DNA of 39,023 bases from Coleofasciculaceae cyanobacterium OTE_70_metabat_329 (GTDB lineage Bacteria > Cyanobacteriota > Cyanobacteriia > Cyanobacteriales > JAAUUE01). The notes under the pieces are model-generated. The model made no database searches and was not told where the DNA came from. It was given only the letters and a program-made list of their open reading frames with translations. Numbering within the stretch: the stretch's first letter is position 1; each line of letters starts with the position of its first letter. The stretch covers positions 1 to 39,023 of the forward strand of contig JANMHD010000060.1 in assembly GCA_031374985.1 (NCBI GenBank). The letters run 5' to 3'. Below, piece by piece: positions 1 to 10,279 of the stretch. Made by a program: the position numbers and the translations under genes.

Positions 1-72
1 AATTTTGAAGCCGTCAAGGGTGATCGCTTGGATTACTTTCTGGCGAATATCATAGCTGTAGGGTTTAGGCAT
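1..72 (-). mobile_element. IS630/Tc1-mariner-type transposase, first 24 codons only (gene runs off the left window edge)
   Basis: Too short for the ORF track. Reverse-strand ATG at 72-70 reads MPKPYSYDIRQKVIQAITLDGFKI to the window edge. This matches the conserved N-terminus I recognise from IS630-family transposases common in cyanobacteria. The element end could not be located. Confidence 0.5.
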
Positions 73-267
73 CGTTAATGTCACTGTTTACGCTCAATTT
101 ATCCTCTACTTTACACCATAACCCCCTTGGCACTTGCTATATTTCCTCAAGGTCAAGACGGGCTAGAATGATAGTCATTGCTCAGATTGCTTAAATTTCA
201 ATACTTTTAGCTTATACATCTGAGCCTTTCTTTGACCTATTTTTTCCATCGAACTCACGTTATATCA

Positions 268-295
268 ATAAAAAAGAGGGCTTAGTAACCCCCTT
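268..295 (-). terminator. Candidate intrinsic terminator downstream of rpoC2
   Basis: Minus-strand RNA reads AAGGGGG-UUACUAAG-CCCUCUU followed by UUUUAUU. The stem is 5-7 bp with one G-U, followed by a U-tract. It lies about 65 nt after the rpoC2 stop. Confidence 0.5.
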
Positions 296-361
296 CCTTG
301 CTAAATTCTAGCGCTTAAATCTTAGATTTTGAGTTGCCAAATTTCAGAATCAGGCTAATAC

Positions 362-3300
362 TTACGCATCATCCTCAAATTCATCATCATACTCATCATC
401 CTCATCATCCTCATACTCACCATCATCTTCTAAGTCAACCTCTAATACCGCTGGACTATTAGGAGTCATGCCGAGAGTAAGCCTTTCTTCTAGACTGTAA
501 GCCCTGGCAGTGCGATCGTCCAAAACCATATCTACCAGAGAATCATCCCCTGTTAGGTCTGCGGCAATCCCTATATCTCCATAGTTAAAGTTGTCACTAC
601 TACTAGAGAGGTCAATGGGGTCTACACTGTGGAGCAGGGGTTCTTCATAAGCGTTGTATCCTGTTCCCGCCGGAATCAAGCGGCCAATGATCACATTTTC
701 CTTCAAGCCCCGGAGCCAATCAGATTTACCCTCGATCGCTGCCTCGGTTAGTACCCGGGTAGTTTCTTGGAAACTTGCCGCTGAGATAAAGCTATCGGTA
801 TTAAGAGAAGCTTTGGTAATCCCCAACAAAACTGGAGTGTACTGGGCTGGCGCACCTCCAGTTATGGCCATAGCTTCATTCACCTGCTCAATCTGCCGGA
901 GTTCCACCAACTCTCCCGGTAGCATGGTGGTGTCACCCCCATCTTCTACCCGGACTTTATTGGTCATCTGCCGCACAATGACTTCAATGTGTTTATCAGA
1001 AATTTCTACCCCTTGAGATTGGTACACCGATTGCACTTCATTGACTAGGAATTCCTGAGCTTTTTGCAGTCCTACCAAGGCAGATTCATAAATCCCTTCT
1101 GTCTCTCTAGTGAGGTTAAAGAAGACTTCAAGAATTTCGTGGGGATTAGACAAACCATCAGTCAAAGGTTCCCCAGTAATTACTTTCTGACCATCGGATA
1201 CTAAGGAATTTTGACCGGGAGAAAGAGGATAATCAGAGATTGTCCCATCTACCTCAATTACCTTAATATCTACGGTTTCATCCTGCTCATAGACTACCTG
1301 AGCTTCCCCTGGCCTCCGGGCTAATACCGCAGCTTCCTTGGGTTTTCTCCCTTCCAGAAGTTCTTCGATTCTAGGCAGACCTTGGATAATATCTCCGGTC
1401 TTCGATCGCTCAAATACCAAGAGGACTAAATTATCACCCCGCTGCACTAGATCTCCCTGATCGATTTGCAGAATTGCCCCGGCAGAAACCCGGTAAGGCC
1501 GAGCTAGGCGGAGGGTAATAATTTGGGGAGTAATATCTACTACCTGGCCCGATTGTTGGGCGATCACATCACTAGTTAACTTAGTTCCAGCTACTACCAA
1601 ACTACCTACTTTGACTTGAGCTGTACCAGTTACAGGAATTGTAAAACTATCGTTCTCTCTCATGATCAGAACTCGACGGGTTGCCTCAGAATCGGCTTTA
1701 ATTCCTCGGACTTCCCCAGATTGATGGCACTGAATTTCAGTCCGAGCCACCACTGCTCCGGGAGGAATTTTATCCCCATCTTGCACCAATAAGCGAGTTT
1801 GAGTAGAGCCACCCAAGGGATCAGCACTGCTATCTCGACGCAATACTAAGGATTCCAGAATAACCAACTGCAAGCGCTTCACTGCTGTATCCCCAGGGGT
1901 GGGAACCAGTTCAATATCAGCACTAAGCTGGGTTGCTGCCACATGTTCGTGGGTACGCTCTTGGCTCATTTCTAAGACTAGTTGAGTCCGCAATAAGTCT
2001 ACCCCATGCACAGATTTCACCCGTTCTCCATCCTTAAAGGCAATGCGTTGGACTGCTCTGAGTTCGATATCGATCGCCCCAGAAGCATTAACCGAGGCTT
2101 GGGAAGGCACATTCGGCTCATCTGCTACGGCATATTCCACCACTGGGCGGAGTAGCATGGCTCCTCCCTCTGGAGTTTCCACGTATTCGCAATAGCGCAT
2201 TTCTTCTAAGATACCTCCGGGGGTTTCTGTGCCCGGATAAAAGATTTGCCCTTCAGGTTTTTGACTAGGATCGGGAAAGTCATCCATCAGATGCAATTCT
2301 CCCGGCTTGACTACAATCTCCCGGAGAATATCGTTTTTCTGGACTACTTCCACAATGCCAGAGCTTTGGCAGAAGATATCCTTAACAACTTCTGTGCCAG
2401 CTTCCACATACTGCCCTTCTTCTACTAAGAGGAGGGAAATATCTTTGTTGACCTCATGGCACTCTTCTGGAACCCAGAGGATAGTCCCGCCCTTGATCAC
2501 TTCGTAGCCCTGTTTGGCTTTGTTACGTTTGCTGACATCAATGCCTGCATATTTAACAATCCCTCCGGTATGGGTACGGTAGCGATCGTCAATCAACTCT
2601 GCCACTACTTGTCCACTCTGGACTTTGGTTCCCGGTGCTGCCTTCAGCAGAAAGCGTTGACTGCCGATCGTATGAATGATGTATTGATCTGCTGTACCCG
2701 TACTTTCGGTAAATACAGAGGCTTGGTCTAAAAGCACCGAAGCAGTAATAATCTCTATCTCCCGCTGCCCAGATTGATGACGTACAGTCCCGCCATTAAT
2801 GGAGATTAATTTAGTTTCTGCCAAGATACTTCCAGTAGTTACTTCGTCACCATTTTTAACTACTACCTCTGCTGTGGGGGGTAAGTTGTATACTTCCCCG
2901 GCTAAAATCCAGAGCAAGCCGCCCCGTTGAGCAGTACGGGTGGTATTTCCTTGGCGATCGGTCTTTTCTTCGGGGACTAGATCTGCAAAGACTACTTCCC
3001 CGGCCAAGGCTGAGGCCACATCTTTGACGGCTCTTTCTGTGGAACGGCGAGATTTAGTTTGAGTCACCTCGGCTAATAATTGCCCCGCCACCACCTGCTG
3101 ACCATCCAAGACTAGGAGAAGGGAGCCGGGGGTAATACTAATGGGTTGAGCTAACTGTTTGCCACTCAGAGGCACGATTAAAATATCTCCAGCAACTTCT
3201 ACCTGTTCCCTTTCATCCCCGTGACGAGTTCTTACACCCCTAGTTCTGAGGCTGTCAGAAAATTTAACTGTACCGGGAAACTCGGCCAATACTTGCCGAT

Positions 3301-4345
3301 CGACCTCTCCGGTAAACACCCCGCCCGTGTGGAATGTCCGCATGGTTAGCTGAGTTCCCGGCTCTCCAATAGATTGAGCCGCAATAATCCCCACAGCTTC
3401 TCCCATGTCTACCATTTTTCCGTGGGCCAAGCTCCAACCATAGCAATGCTGACACACAGAGCGGGAGGCTTCACAGGTGAGGGGCGATCGCAACACCACG
3501 GAATCTACTGCTGCGCCAATTACTTGGGCTAGATCATCATTAATAGGCTGGTTGCGCTTGGCCACTACTTCTTTAGTTGTGGGATCAATCACATCTTCCG
3601 CCAGAACTCTACCTAAAAGGCGATCGGCGAGGGGAATGAGGACGCGATCGCCATCTCGCATCGGCCGCACCAATAAACCACGAGTAGTTCCACAGTCAAC
3701 TTCTCGAATGATTACATCTTGAGATACATCTACTAATCGACGAGTCAGGTAGCCAGAGTCAGCAGTTCTCAACGCCGTATCTACCAGACCTTTTCTTGCC
3801 CCATAGGAAGAAATAATATACTCCGTCACCGTCAAACCTTCCCGGAAGTTGGTCTTAATGGGCAAGTCAATAATTTCCCCCTGAGGATTGGCCATCAAAC
3901 CCCGCATCCCTACCAACTGACGAACTTGGGAGATATTTCCCCGCGCTCCCGAGAAAGCCATCATATACACCGAGTTCAGAGGATCTGTGGCTTTGAAGTT
4001 CTTCACCACTTCATCCTTAAGAGACTCAGAAGTACTATTCCAAGTATCAATTACTTTTTGGAACCGTTCTACTTCTGTAATCTCCCCCCGAGAAAAACGG
4101 TCTTCCGTATCTCGAATTTTGTCCTCTGCCTCTTCAAGCATCTGCCGCTTAATGGGTGGTACTTGTAAGTCATTAACACTAATAGAAATCCCCGCCCTAG
4201 TAGCAAATTTGAAGCCTAGGTCTTTTAGTTTGTCTGCTAGTTGGGATGCTCTAGCACTGCCATAGTTCGTGAAAGCCCAAAATACCAGCTTTCTTAGCTG
4301 TCCCTTATCTACAATCCGGTTGTAAAAAGTTGGTTCTTTACTCAT
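362..4345 (-). CDS. rpoC2: DNA-directed RNA polymerase subunit beta' (C-terminal part of the split beta', RpoC2), with acidic D/E-rich tail
   Basis: 1327-aa ORF with ATG start. It has the beta' C-terminal conserved blocks ([29 protein letters not shown] trigger-loop region, LLGITKASL). The large lineage-specific insertion is typical of cyanobacterial RpoC2. The rpoB-rpoC1-rpoC2 gene order also fits. Confidence 0.97.
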   Translation of the reverse strand: MSKEPTFYNRIVDKGQLRKLVFWAFTNYGSARASQLADKLKDLGFKFATRAGISISVNDLQVPPIKRQMLEEAEDKIRDTEDRFSRGEITEVERFQKVIDTWNSTSESLKDEVVKNFKATDPLNSVYMMAFSGARGNISQVRQLVGMRGLMANPQGEIIDLPIKTNFREGLTVTEYIISSYGARKGLVDTALRTADSGYLTRRLVDVSQDVIIREVDCGTTRGLLVRPMRDGDRVLIPLADRLLGRVLAEDVIDPTTKEVVAKRNQPINDDLAQVIGAAVDSVVLRSPLTCEASRSVCQHCYGWSLAHGKMVDMGEAVGIIAAQSIGEPGTQLTMRTFHTGGVFTGEVDRQVLAEFPGTVKFSDSLRTRGVRTRHGDEREQVEVAGDILIVPLSGKQLAQPISITPGSLLLVLDGQQVVAGQLLAEVTQTKSRRSTERAVKDVASALAGEVVFADLVPEEKTDRQGNTTRTAQRGGLLWILAGEVYNLPPTAEVVVKNGDEVTTGSILAETKLISINGGTVRHQSGQREIEIITASVLLDQASVFTESTGTADQYIIHTIGSQRFLLKAAPGTKVQSGQVVAELIDDRYRTHTGGIVKYAGIDVSKRNKAKQGYEVIKGGTILWVPEECHEVNKDISLLLVEEGQYVEAGTEVVKDIFCQSSGIVEVVQKNDILREIVVKPGELHLMDDFPDPSQKPEGQIFYPGTETPGGILEEMRYCEYVETPEGGAMLLRPVVEYAVADEPNVPSQASVNASGAIDIELRAVQRIAFKDGERVKSVHGVDLLRTQLVLEMSQERTHEHVAATQLSADIELVPTPGDTAVKRLQLVILESLVLRRDSSADPLGGSTQTRLLVQDGDKIPPGAVVARTEIQCHQSGEVRGIKADSEATRRVLIMRENDSFTIPVTGTAQVKVGSLVVAGTKLTSDVIAQQSGQVVDITPQIITLRLARPYRVSAGAILQIDQGDLVQRGDNLVLLVFERSKTGDIIQGLPRIEELLEGRKPKEAAVLARRPGEAQVVYEQDETVDIKVIEVDGTISDYPLSPGQNSLVSDGQKVITGEPLTDGLSNPHEILEVFFNLTRETEGIYESALVGLQKAQEFLVNEVQSVYQSQGVEISDKHIEVIVRQMTNKVRVEDGGDTTMLPGELVELRQIEQVNEAMAITGGAPAQYTPVLLGITKASLNTDSFISAASFQETTRVLTEAAIEGKSDWLRGLKENVIIGRLIPAGTGYNAYEEPLLHSVDPIDLSSSSDNFNYGDIGIAADLTGDDSLVDMVLDDRTARAYSLEERLTLGMTPNSPAVLEVDLEDDGEYEDDEDDEYDDEFEDDA

Positions 4346-4371
4346 GATGTGGTGGTTTGATGTGGTGGTTA
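4346..4371 (-). repeat. Tandem 13-mer x2 directly abutting the rpoC2 start codon
   Basis: Plus strand has GATGTGGTGGTTT (4346-4358) then GATGTGGTGGTTA (4359-4371). On the mRNA this reads UAACCACCACAUC AAACCACCACAUC AUG. Confidence 0.85.
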
Positions 4372-4380
4372 ATCTGTTAA

Positions 4381-4430
4381 GAGGAGGTATAGGAAGATAC
4401 AGGGAGGTAAGGGGAGGTACAGGAAGGCAG
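4381..4430. repeat. Decamer array (5 units, GGAGGTA core on plus strand), proximal arm of the rpoC1/rpoC2 spacer
   Basis: The five units are GAGGAGGTAT AGGAAGATAC AGGGAGGTAA GGGGAGGTAC AGGAAGGCAG, with strict 10-nt phase. Confidence 0.9.
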
Positions 4431-4484
4431 AAAATAAGAATGAAGACTTGGAATATTTGAGAAAGGTATAAAAGAGAATTAGCT

Positions 4485-4521
4485 GGAATAATAGCAAAAG
4501 CAGTTTGTTTGCTATTATTCC
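4485..4521 (-). other. Perfect 14-bp stem / 9-nt loop hairpin inside the rpoC1/rpoC2 spacer
   Basis: GGAATAATAGCAAA (4485-4498) is the exact reverse complement of TTTGCTATTATTCC (4508-4521). No U-tract follows on the transcribed strand, so I do not call it a terminator. Confidence 0.85.
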
Positions 4522-4550
4522 TTTACCTCCTCTACCTCCTCTGCCTCCTT
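4521..4550. repeat. Inverted decamer array (3 units, TACCTCC core on plus strand), distal arm abutting the rpoC1 stop
   Basis: The units are CTTTACCTCC TCTACCTCCT CTGCCTCCTT, immediately followed by the CTA (rpoC1 stop) at 4551-4553. This is the reverse complement in kind of 4381-4430. Confidence 0.9.
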
Positions 4551-6428
4551 CTAGCTAATCAAAGCCTCAGTAATAGTTTGGTTATAAATAATTCGCCCCG
4601 GTGTAGTACGGACAAATTGGGAGATGAGATTTCCCTCGGCATCTTCCCGGACTCGCCGTTCTCGGTAGAGCTTAGTCACCGTGCCATCTTCATTGTCTTT
4701 TCTCTCTAAAACTTGCTCATCTGGTTTCTCAGTCCGAATAGTTCCTTGGTACCTAACCCAAACGTAGGCATGGAGGTCTACTTCCCTTTGTTCATAGGCC
4801 CGGACGACATCTTCTAGATTGCTGAAATGGACTCCAGCACCTTTGGTGGCATCACGATTTTCCGCCGTTAGGTAGTAGCAACCCAGTACCATATCTTGGC
4901 TGGGATGGACAATGGGTTTGCCGGTAGCAGGAGAAAGGACATTATTAGATGCCAGCATCAACATGCGTGCCTCTGCCTGAGCTTCGATCGATAGGGGGAC
5001 ATGGACAGCCATTTGATCGCCATCAAAGTCAGCATTAAAGGCCTGACAAACTAGGGGATGGAGTTGGATTGCCCTGCCTTCTACTAACAAGGGTTCAAAA
5101 GCTTGAATCCCCAATCTATGCAAAGTGGGTGCTCGGTTTAGCAGGACGGGATGCCCAGTGATCACTTCTTCCAAGACTTCTAAGACCTCTGGATGATTGC
5201 GTTGAATCATCTTTTTGGCAGCCTTGATGTTATTAACTAGACCCCGGCTGATCAAGCGGTGAATCACAAAGGGTTGGAAGAGTTCGATCGCCATTTCCCG
5301 TGGTAAGCCACACTGGTGAATTTTTAGGTTCGGACCAACTACAATGACCGATCGTCCAGAGTAATCTACCCGTTTCCCTAATAAGTTCTGCCGGAACCGC
5401 CCTTGTTTCCCTTCGATAATATCTGAGAGAGATTTTAGAGGACGATTATTCGCACCCACTACAGTTCTGCCCCGGCGACCATTATCAATCAAGGCATCCA
5501 CGGCTTCTTGAAGCATCCGTTTCTCGTTACGGACAATGATTTCTGGAGCCATAATTTCCTGTAACCGAGCCAGGCGATTGTTCCGGTTAATTACCCGGCG
5601 GTACAAATCATTCAGGTCAGAGGTGGCAAACCGTCCCCCATCTAGCTGCACCATCGGCCGCAGGTCAGGGGGAATTACAGGAACCACCGAAAGAATCATC
5701 CATTCTGGCTTGGAACCCGTAGCAACAAAGTTATCAATTACCCGGAGGCGCTTAATTAGCTTGGCTTTCTTCTGTCCCTTAGCCCCAAGAATTTCTTCCC
5801 GGAGTTTTTCTGCTTCTGCTTCTAGTTTCAGGTCTTGCAATAGGCGCTCGATCGCTTCTGCACCTATGCCTACTTCTACTCCTTCCATCGTAGAATCTTC
5901 ACTGTAGATTTGCTCTTCAGTTTCTAACCACTGGTCTTCTGTCAGGAGTTGCTTGTAGGTAAGATTCTCGGCATTGCCGGGATCTAAAACTACGTAGGAA
6001 TTGAAATATACAATCTGCTCCACATCTCGGAGGGGCATATCTAGCAAAATACTTAGATAGCTCGGAATTCCCTTGAGATACCAAACATGAGATACAGGAG
6101 CAGCCAATTTGATGAAGCCCATGCGATGGCGCCGGACACGGGATTCCGTCACTTCCACCCCACAGCGCTCACAGACAATACCCCGATGGCGTACTCGCTT
6201 GTACTTGCCACAGTGGCATTCCCAATCCTTGGCTGGTCCAAAAATACGCTCACAGAACAAGCCATCCATTTCTGGCTTCAAAGTCCGATAGTTAATCGTT
6301 TCTGGCTTAGTTACTTCTCCTACCAATTGACCGTTAGGGAGAGTCCGTTCGCCCCATTGGCGAATCCGTTCTGGGGAAGCGATACCAATTTTTACGTAGT
6401 CAAAGCGCTGTTCTAGCTGGTTTCTCAT
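4551..6428 (-). CDS. rpoC1: DNA-directed RNA polymerase subunit gamma (N-terminal part of the split beta', RpoC1)
   Basis: The ORF-track entry 4551-6512 starts at a GTG inside the decamer repeat. The first ATG (6428) gives [25 protein letters not shown]..., a 625-aa protein. It has the Zn-finger CHCGKY...CERCGVEV and the catalytic [12 protein letters not shown] motif. Confidence 0.96.
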   Translation of the reverse strand: MRNQLEQRFDYVKIGIASPERIRQWGERTLPNGQLVGEVTKPETINYRTLKPEMDGLFCERIFGPAKDWECHCGKYKRVRHRGIVCERCGVEVTESRVRRHRMGFIKLAAPVSHVWYLKGIPSYLSILLDMPLRDVEQIVYFNSYVVLDPGNAENLTYKQLLTEDQWLETEEQIYSEDSTMEGVEVGIGAEAIERLLQDLKLEAEAEKLREEILGAKGQKKAKLIKRLRVIDNFVATGSKPEWMILSVVPVIPPDLRPMVQLDGGRFATSDLNDLYRRVINRNNRLARLQEIMAPEIIVRNEKRMLQEAVDALIDNGRRGRTVVGANNRPLKSLSDIIEGKQGRFRQNLLGKRVDYSGRSVIVVGPNLKIHQCGLPREMAIELFQPFVIHRLISRGLVNNIKAAKKMIQRNHPEVLEVLEEVITGHPVLLNRAPTLHRLGIQAFEPLLVEGRAIQLHPLVCQAFNADFDGDQMAVHVPLSIEAQAEARMLMLASNNVLSPATGKPIVHPSQDMVLGCYYLTAENRDATKGAGVHFSNLEDVVRAYEQREVDLHAYVWVRYQGTIRTEKPDEQVLERKDNEDGTVTKLYRERRVREDAEGNLISQFVRTTPGRIIYNQTITEALIS

Positions 6429-6450
6429 ACTTGGTTGGGGATGATGATGA

Positions 6451-6510
6451 ATAAGGGAGTAAGAGGAGGTAAGGGGAGGTAAGGGGAGGTAAGGGGAGGT
6501 ACAGGGAGAC
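6451..6510. repeat. Decamer array (6 units, including 3 identical AAGGGGAGGT), proximal arm of the rpoB/rpoC1 spacer
   Basis: The units are ATAAGGGAGT AAGAGGAGGT AAGGGGAGGT AAGGGGAGGT AAGGGGAGGT ACAGGGAGAC. The array ends 22 nt before the rpoC1 ATG on the transcribed strand. Confidence 0.92.
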
Positions 6511-6603
6511 ACAAGATTGATTAAGGTTTTTGTTCAGTTAGAAGACTGCATCCTAATTCTGAATTAACTAGACCCAATATTCTCAATCAAGTGCATTTTC
6601 TAA

Positions 6604-6630
6604 CTCCTGTACCTCCTCTACCTCCTTCCC
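6604..6630. repeat. Inverted decamer array abutting the rpoB stop codon
   Basis: CTCCTGTACCTCCTCTACCTCCTTCCC is followed by TTA (rpoB stop) at 6631-6633. Its reverse complement is GGGAAGGAGGTAGAGGAGGTACAGGAG. Confidence 0.9.
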
Positions 6631-9600
6631 TTACGCTTCTTCTTCTTCAAACTCCGATCGAGACAGAGATTCATAAGTAGGGCGGGAGGGGGCGCGGCGG
6701 TATTCGCCATCAGCCATGAGGTCAATTTCCACTTCCCTTGATTCCCCATCTTCGCCTTGTTCTATTTTATGGACGGCAATATCCAAGCCTAAGGATTGGA
6801 GTTCTCGCATCAATACCTTGAAGGATTCTGGTGTGCCGGGACGGGGAATGGGCTTACCCTTGACGATCGCATTTAACGCTTCATTACGTCCCTGCATATC
6901 ATCGGACTTCACCGTTAGGAGTTCTTGGAGAATATAAGCAGCACCAAAGGCTTCGAGTGCCCAGACCTCCATTTCTCCAAATCTTTGACCCCCCTGTTGG
7001 GCTTTGCCTCCCAAGGGTTGCTGTGTCACCAAAGAGTAAGGTCCTGTAGAACGAGCGTGGATCTTGTCATCTACTAGGTGGACTAGTTTCAGCATATAGG
7101 CCACCCCGACGGTGATGGGGCGATCGAAGGCTTCTCCAGTTCTGCCATCATAGACTTTAATCTTGCCGGGTTGCTCTGGATCAAACATCCATTCTTTCCC
7201 TTCTTCCTTGGATGCTTGGTCTAATTTTCCATGCACTGTCAAGCGAGATGATTCTTCCCCATACATTTCATCAAAAGGAATCATCTTAAATCGCTTATCT
7301 AAATGGTGTCCTGCCCAACCCAAGAGACACTCAAACACCTGTCCCACGTTCATCCGACTAGGTACGCCCAAGGGATTAAGGACAATATCGAGGGGAGTGC
7401 CATCGGGCAAGTAGGGCATATCTTCCGCTGGGAGAATCCGGGAGATAATCCCTTTATTCCCATGCCTTCCCGCCATTTTATCTCCCACTTGGATTTTGCG
7501 TTTTTGAGCTACATAAACCCGGACGACCATATTTGCCCCCGGTGGTAGTTCATCCCCTTGCTCACGGGTAAACAACCGTACATCTACAACCCGACCTTTT
7601 TCCCCGTTGGGAACCCGGAGGGAATTATCTCGCACATCCCTAGCTTTTTCCCCAAAGATGGCCCGGAGAAGTTTTTCTTCTGGCGGCTGGTCTGATTCCC
7701 CCTTGGGAGTAACCTTACCTACCAAGATATCCCCAGAATCTACCCAAGCACCAATCCGAATAATTCCGTTTTCATCTAGCTGCCGGAGGGCATCTTCCCC
7801 CACGTTAGGGATTTCTCTAGTGATTTCTTCGGGTCCTAATTTGGTTTGCCGGGCTTCAATTTCGTATTTTTCAATGTGGATACTAGTATACACATCATCC
7901 ATGACTAACCGTTCACTAATCAGAATCGCATCTTCATAGTTGTAGCCTTCCCAAGGCATGTAGGCAACGATGATATTTTGCCCTAAAGCAAGTTCTCCGC
8001 CTTCGGTGGCCGAGCCATCAGCAATTACCTGACCCGCCACTACAGGGTCGCCGTCATAGACTAGAGGACGCTGGTTTAGACAGGTATCTTGGTTAGACCT
8101 ATGGTATTTTTGAACTTCATAATCAATTTCGTCGGGTTCGCCTTCCTCTGGGTTATCTACTTTGACTCGGATGCGGGTAGCATCTACGTAGCACACTTCT
8201 CCATTGGTTTTGGATACCACTACCATGCCAGAGTCCCTTGCTGCTTGGGCTTCTAGACCTGTCCCAACTAGAGGGCGCTCAGGACGTAATAGGGGTACAG
8301 CTTGCCGTTGCATGTTGGAACCCATCAATGCCCGGTTAGCATCATCATGTTCGAGGAAAGGAATTAGGGATGTGGCTACAGAAATAATCTGTACTGGGGA
8401 TACCGCTACCCTGTCTACCTGGTCTGGGGTAGTGGTAGTGAAATCCTGACGGTAACGTACAGGAACTAGAGGGCCAATGATCATCCCGTCATCATCTACC
8501 GGAATATCTCCTGGAGCTACCCGCAGGTCATCTTCTTCATCGGCGGTCATGTAGGTAGGAGGGCGATCCTTGAGAACTTTACCTCCTTCTACAGGGTAAA
8601 AAGGAGTTTCAATAAAGCCATAGGAATTTACCCGAGCATGGGTAGCTAGGGAGCCAATTAATCCAGCATTGGGTCCTTCTGGAGTTTCGATCGGACAAAT
8701 CCGCCCGTAGTGGGAAGGATGAATATCCCGTACTGCAAACCCGGCTCTTTCCCTTGTCAAACCACCAGGTCCTAAGGCAGACAACCGACGTTTGTGGGTT
8801 AACTCTGCTAGAGGATTAGTTTGATCCATAAACTGGGATAGCTGGGAGGAGCCGAAGAATTCTTTGATTGCAGCTACTAGGGGTTTAGGGTTGACTAAAG
8901 AAGCCGGAGTTAGGGTTTCAGCATCACTAACGGTCATGCGTTCCCGAATAATCCTCTCTAGACGATTTAAGCCTACCCGGACTTGGTTTTGTAGGAGTTC
9001 ACCTACCGATCGCACCCGGCGATTGCCTAAGTGGTCAATATCATCGGTGCTGCCCATGTCGTATTCCAGATTAATTAGATAATCTACAGCGGTAAGAATA
9101 TCTTGCCCTGTGAGGATACGGACAGCATCAGGGACATTTAGGCGCAGTTTTTTATTAATCTTGTAACGTCCCACCCGGCCTAGGTCATAACGTTTGGGAT
9201 CAAAGAAGCGAGATTCCAAAAGTTGCTGACCACCAGCTACAGTTGGAGGCTCCCCCGGCCGGAGTTTTTTGTAGAGTTCAATGAGGGCTTCTTCTTCGTT
9301 AGGATTGCCTTCTTTAGCTAAAGTTTTTTCGTAATACTCTGGATGGCGGAGGGCGTCAGTAATTTCTCCATCGGTAAGACCAAGAGCTTTGAGTAATACT
9401 TGGGCAGAAAGTTTCCGGGTCTTGTCGATACGAACCCAGACTAAGCCATTGCGATCGGTCTCAAATTTCAACCAAGCCCCACGGTTCGGGATCAAAGAAG
9501 CGCTGTAGGTACGGCGACCATTTTTGTCAATTTCGGATTTATAGTACACCCCAGGGCTACGCACAATCTGGTTAACAATGACTCGTTCTGCACCGTTAAT

Positions 9601-9942
9601 AATAAAAGTTCCCCGATCGGTCATTAGGGGCAGGTCGCCAATAAAGACTTCCATTTCCTTAATTTCGCCGGTTTCTTTATTAATTAACCGAGTCGGCACA
9701 TACATTTGCACAGAGTAGGTACTATCCCGCCGCTTGGCTTCGTCTACGTCGTACTTGGGGCGCTTTAGTTTGTAGTCTTTACCTAAGAAATGCAGTTCCA
9801 TTTTGCCCGTGTAGTCGGTGATGGGGGAAAAGCTATTGAGTTCTTCAATTAGCCCTTCTTCTAAGAACCAACGGAAACTAGCCCGCTGAATCTCGATCAG
9901 GTCAGGTAAGATGTAGTTGGGAGTGCTGTAGGTGGTATTCAT
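6631..9942 (-). CDS. rpoB: DNA-directed RNA polymerase subunit beta
   Basis: 1103-aa ORF with ATG start. It carries canonical RpoB blocks ([61 protein letters not shown]). Confidence 0.98.
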   Translation of the reverse strand: MNTTYSTPNYILPDLIEIQRASFRWFLEEGLIEELNSFSPITDYTGKMELHFLGKDYKLKRPKYDVDEAKRRDSTYSVQMYVPTRLINKETGEIKEMEVFIGDLPLMTDRGTFIINGAERVIVNQIVRSPGVYYKSEIDKNGRRTYSASLIPNRGAWLKFETDRNGLVWVRIDKTRKLSAQVLLKALGLTDGEITDALRHPEYYEKTLAKEGNPNEEEALIELYKKLRPGEPPTVAGGQQLLESRFFDPKRYDLGRVGRYKINKKLRLNVPDAVRILTGQDILTAVDYLINLEYDMGSTDDIDHLGNRRVRSVGELLQNQVRVGLNRLERIIRERMTVSDAETLTPASLVNPKPLVAAIKEFFGSSQLSQFMDQTNPLAELTHKRRLSALGPGGLTRERAGFAVRDIHPSHYGRICPIETPEGPNAGLIGSLATHARVNSYGFIETPFYPVEGGKVLKDRPPTYMTADEEDDLRVAPGDIPVDDDGMIIGPLVPVRYRQDFTTTTPDQVDRVAVSPVQIISVATSLIPFLEHDDANRALMGSNMQRQAVPLLRPERPLVGTGLEAQAARDSGMVVVSKTNGEVCYVDATRIRVKVDNPEEGEPDEIDYEVQKYHRSNQDTCLNQRPLVYDGDPVVAGQVIADGSATEGGELALGQNIIVAYMPWEGYNYEDAILISERLVMDDVYTSIHIEKYEIEARQTKLGPEEITREIPNVGEDALRQLDENGIIRIGAWVDSGDILVGKVTPKGESDQPPEEKLLRAIFGEKARDVRDNSLRVPNGEKGRVVDVRLFTREQGDELPPGANMVVRVYVAQKRKIQVGDKMAGRHGNKGIISRILPAEDMPYLPDGTPLDIVLNPLGVPSRMNVGQVFECLLGWAGHHLDKRFKMIPFDEMYGEESSRLTVHGKLDQASKEEGKEWMFDPEQPGKIKVYDGRTGEAFDRPITVGVAYMLKLVHLVDDKIHARSTGPYSLVTQQPLGGKAQQGGQRFGEMEVWALEAFGAAYILQELLTVKSDDMQGRNEALNAIVKGKPIPRPGTPESFKVLMRELQSLGLDIAVHKIEQGEDGESREVEIDLMADGEYRRAPSRPTYESLSRSEFEEEEA

Positions 9943-10279
9943 GGGGCTTGACTTTGCTGGTAGGGATTACAAATAAATTTAGAAAAAACCAAGAAACAGA
10001 AATCAGGGGAATGCAGCCTCTTAACTAGGGTTAAGGGCTGAAAAAGACATTAATTGGGGTTGGTATAAGCAAGTTTAGGGGAAATGGAATAGAAAACAGG
10101 GTATTCAAGAGATTATTCAAGGCAATGCGATCGCTGAATTTTTTCATTAGGCAGGTTACAAACATAACATCTTTTGCCTTACTTTATCTATACTACATCA
10201 TAATACAAAAAAATGTGTCCCAGAACCAACAACAACTGCTAATATATAGCTGATTCTCCATCATATAGATATAGCCGCC

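Noticed and set aside
120-145. Possible IS630 terminus (GGCACTTGCTATA) resembling the MITE TIR CAGCACTTTTC
   Set aside because: The similarity is only a few bases (GCACTT) and there is no second end in the window to confirm it. This is too weak to call.
4387-4420. NtcA-type GTA-N8-TAC motifs (e.g. GTATAGGAAGATAC, GTAAGGGGAGGTAC) inside the decamer arrays
   Set aside because: They arise automatically from a 10-nt repeat containing GGTA(C). They lie inside operons with no suitably spaced -10 element, so I treat them as a by-product of periodicity.
4381-4550. CRISPR array interpretation of the decamer repeats (also 6451-6630 and 18381-18772)
   Set aside because: The repeat unit is only 10 nt and is contiguous with no spacers. 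The arms are inverted rather than direct, and no cas genes are in the window.
6429-6512. 28-codon N-terminal extension of rpoC1 ([28 protein letters not shown]) in the ORF track
   Set aside because: It starts at a GTG and is simply the decamer repeat read in frame. The conserved RpoC1 N-terminus begins at ATG 6428 ([15 protein letters not shown]). The same applies to the TTG/GTG-extended track starts of birA (18389), the kinase (17554), the DUF4112 gene (19292), malic enzyme (15287), kdpC (33324), 11355 and 23564.
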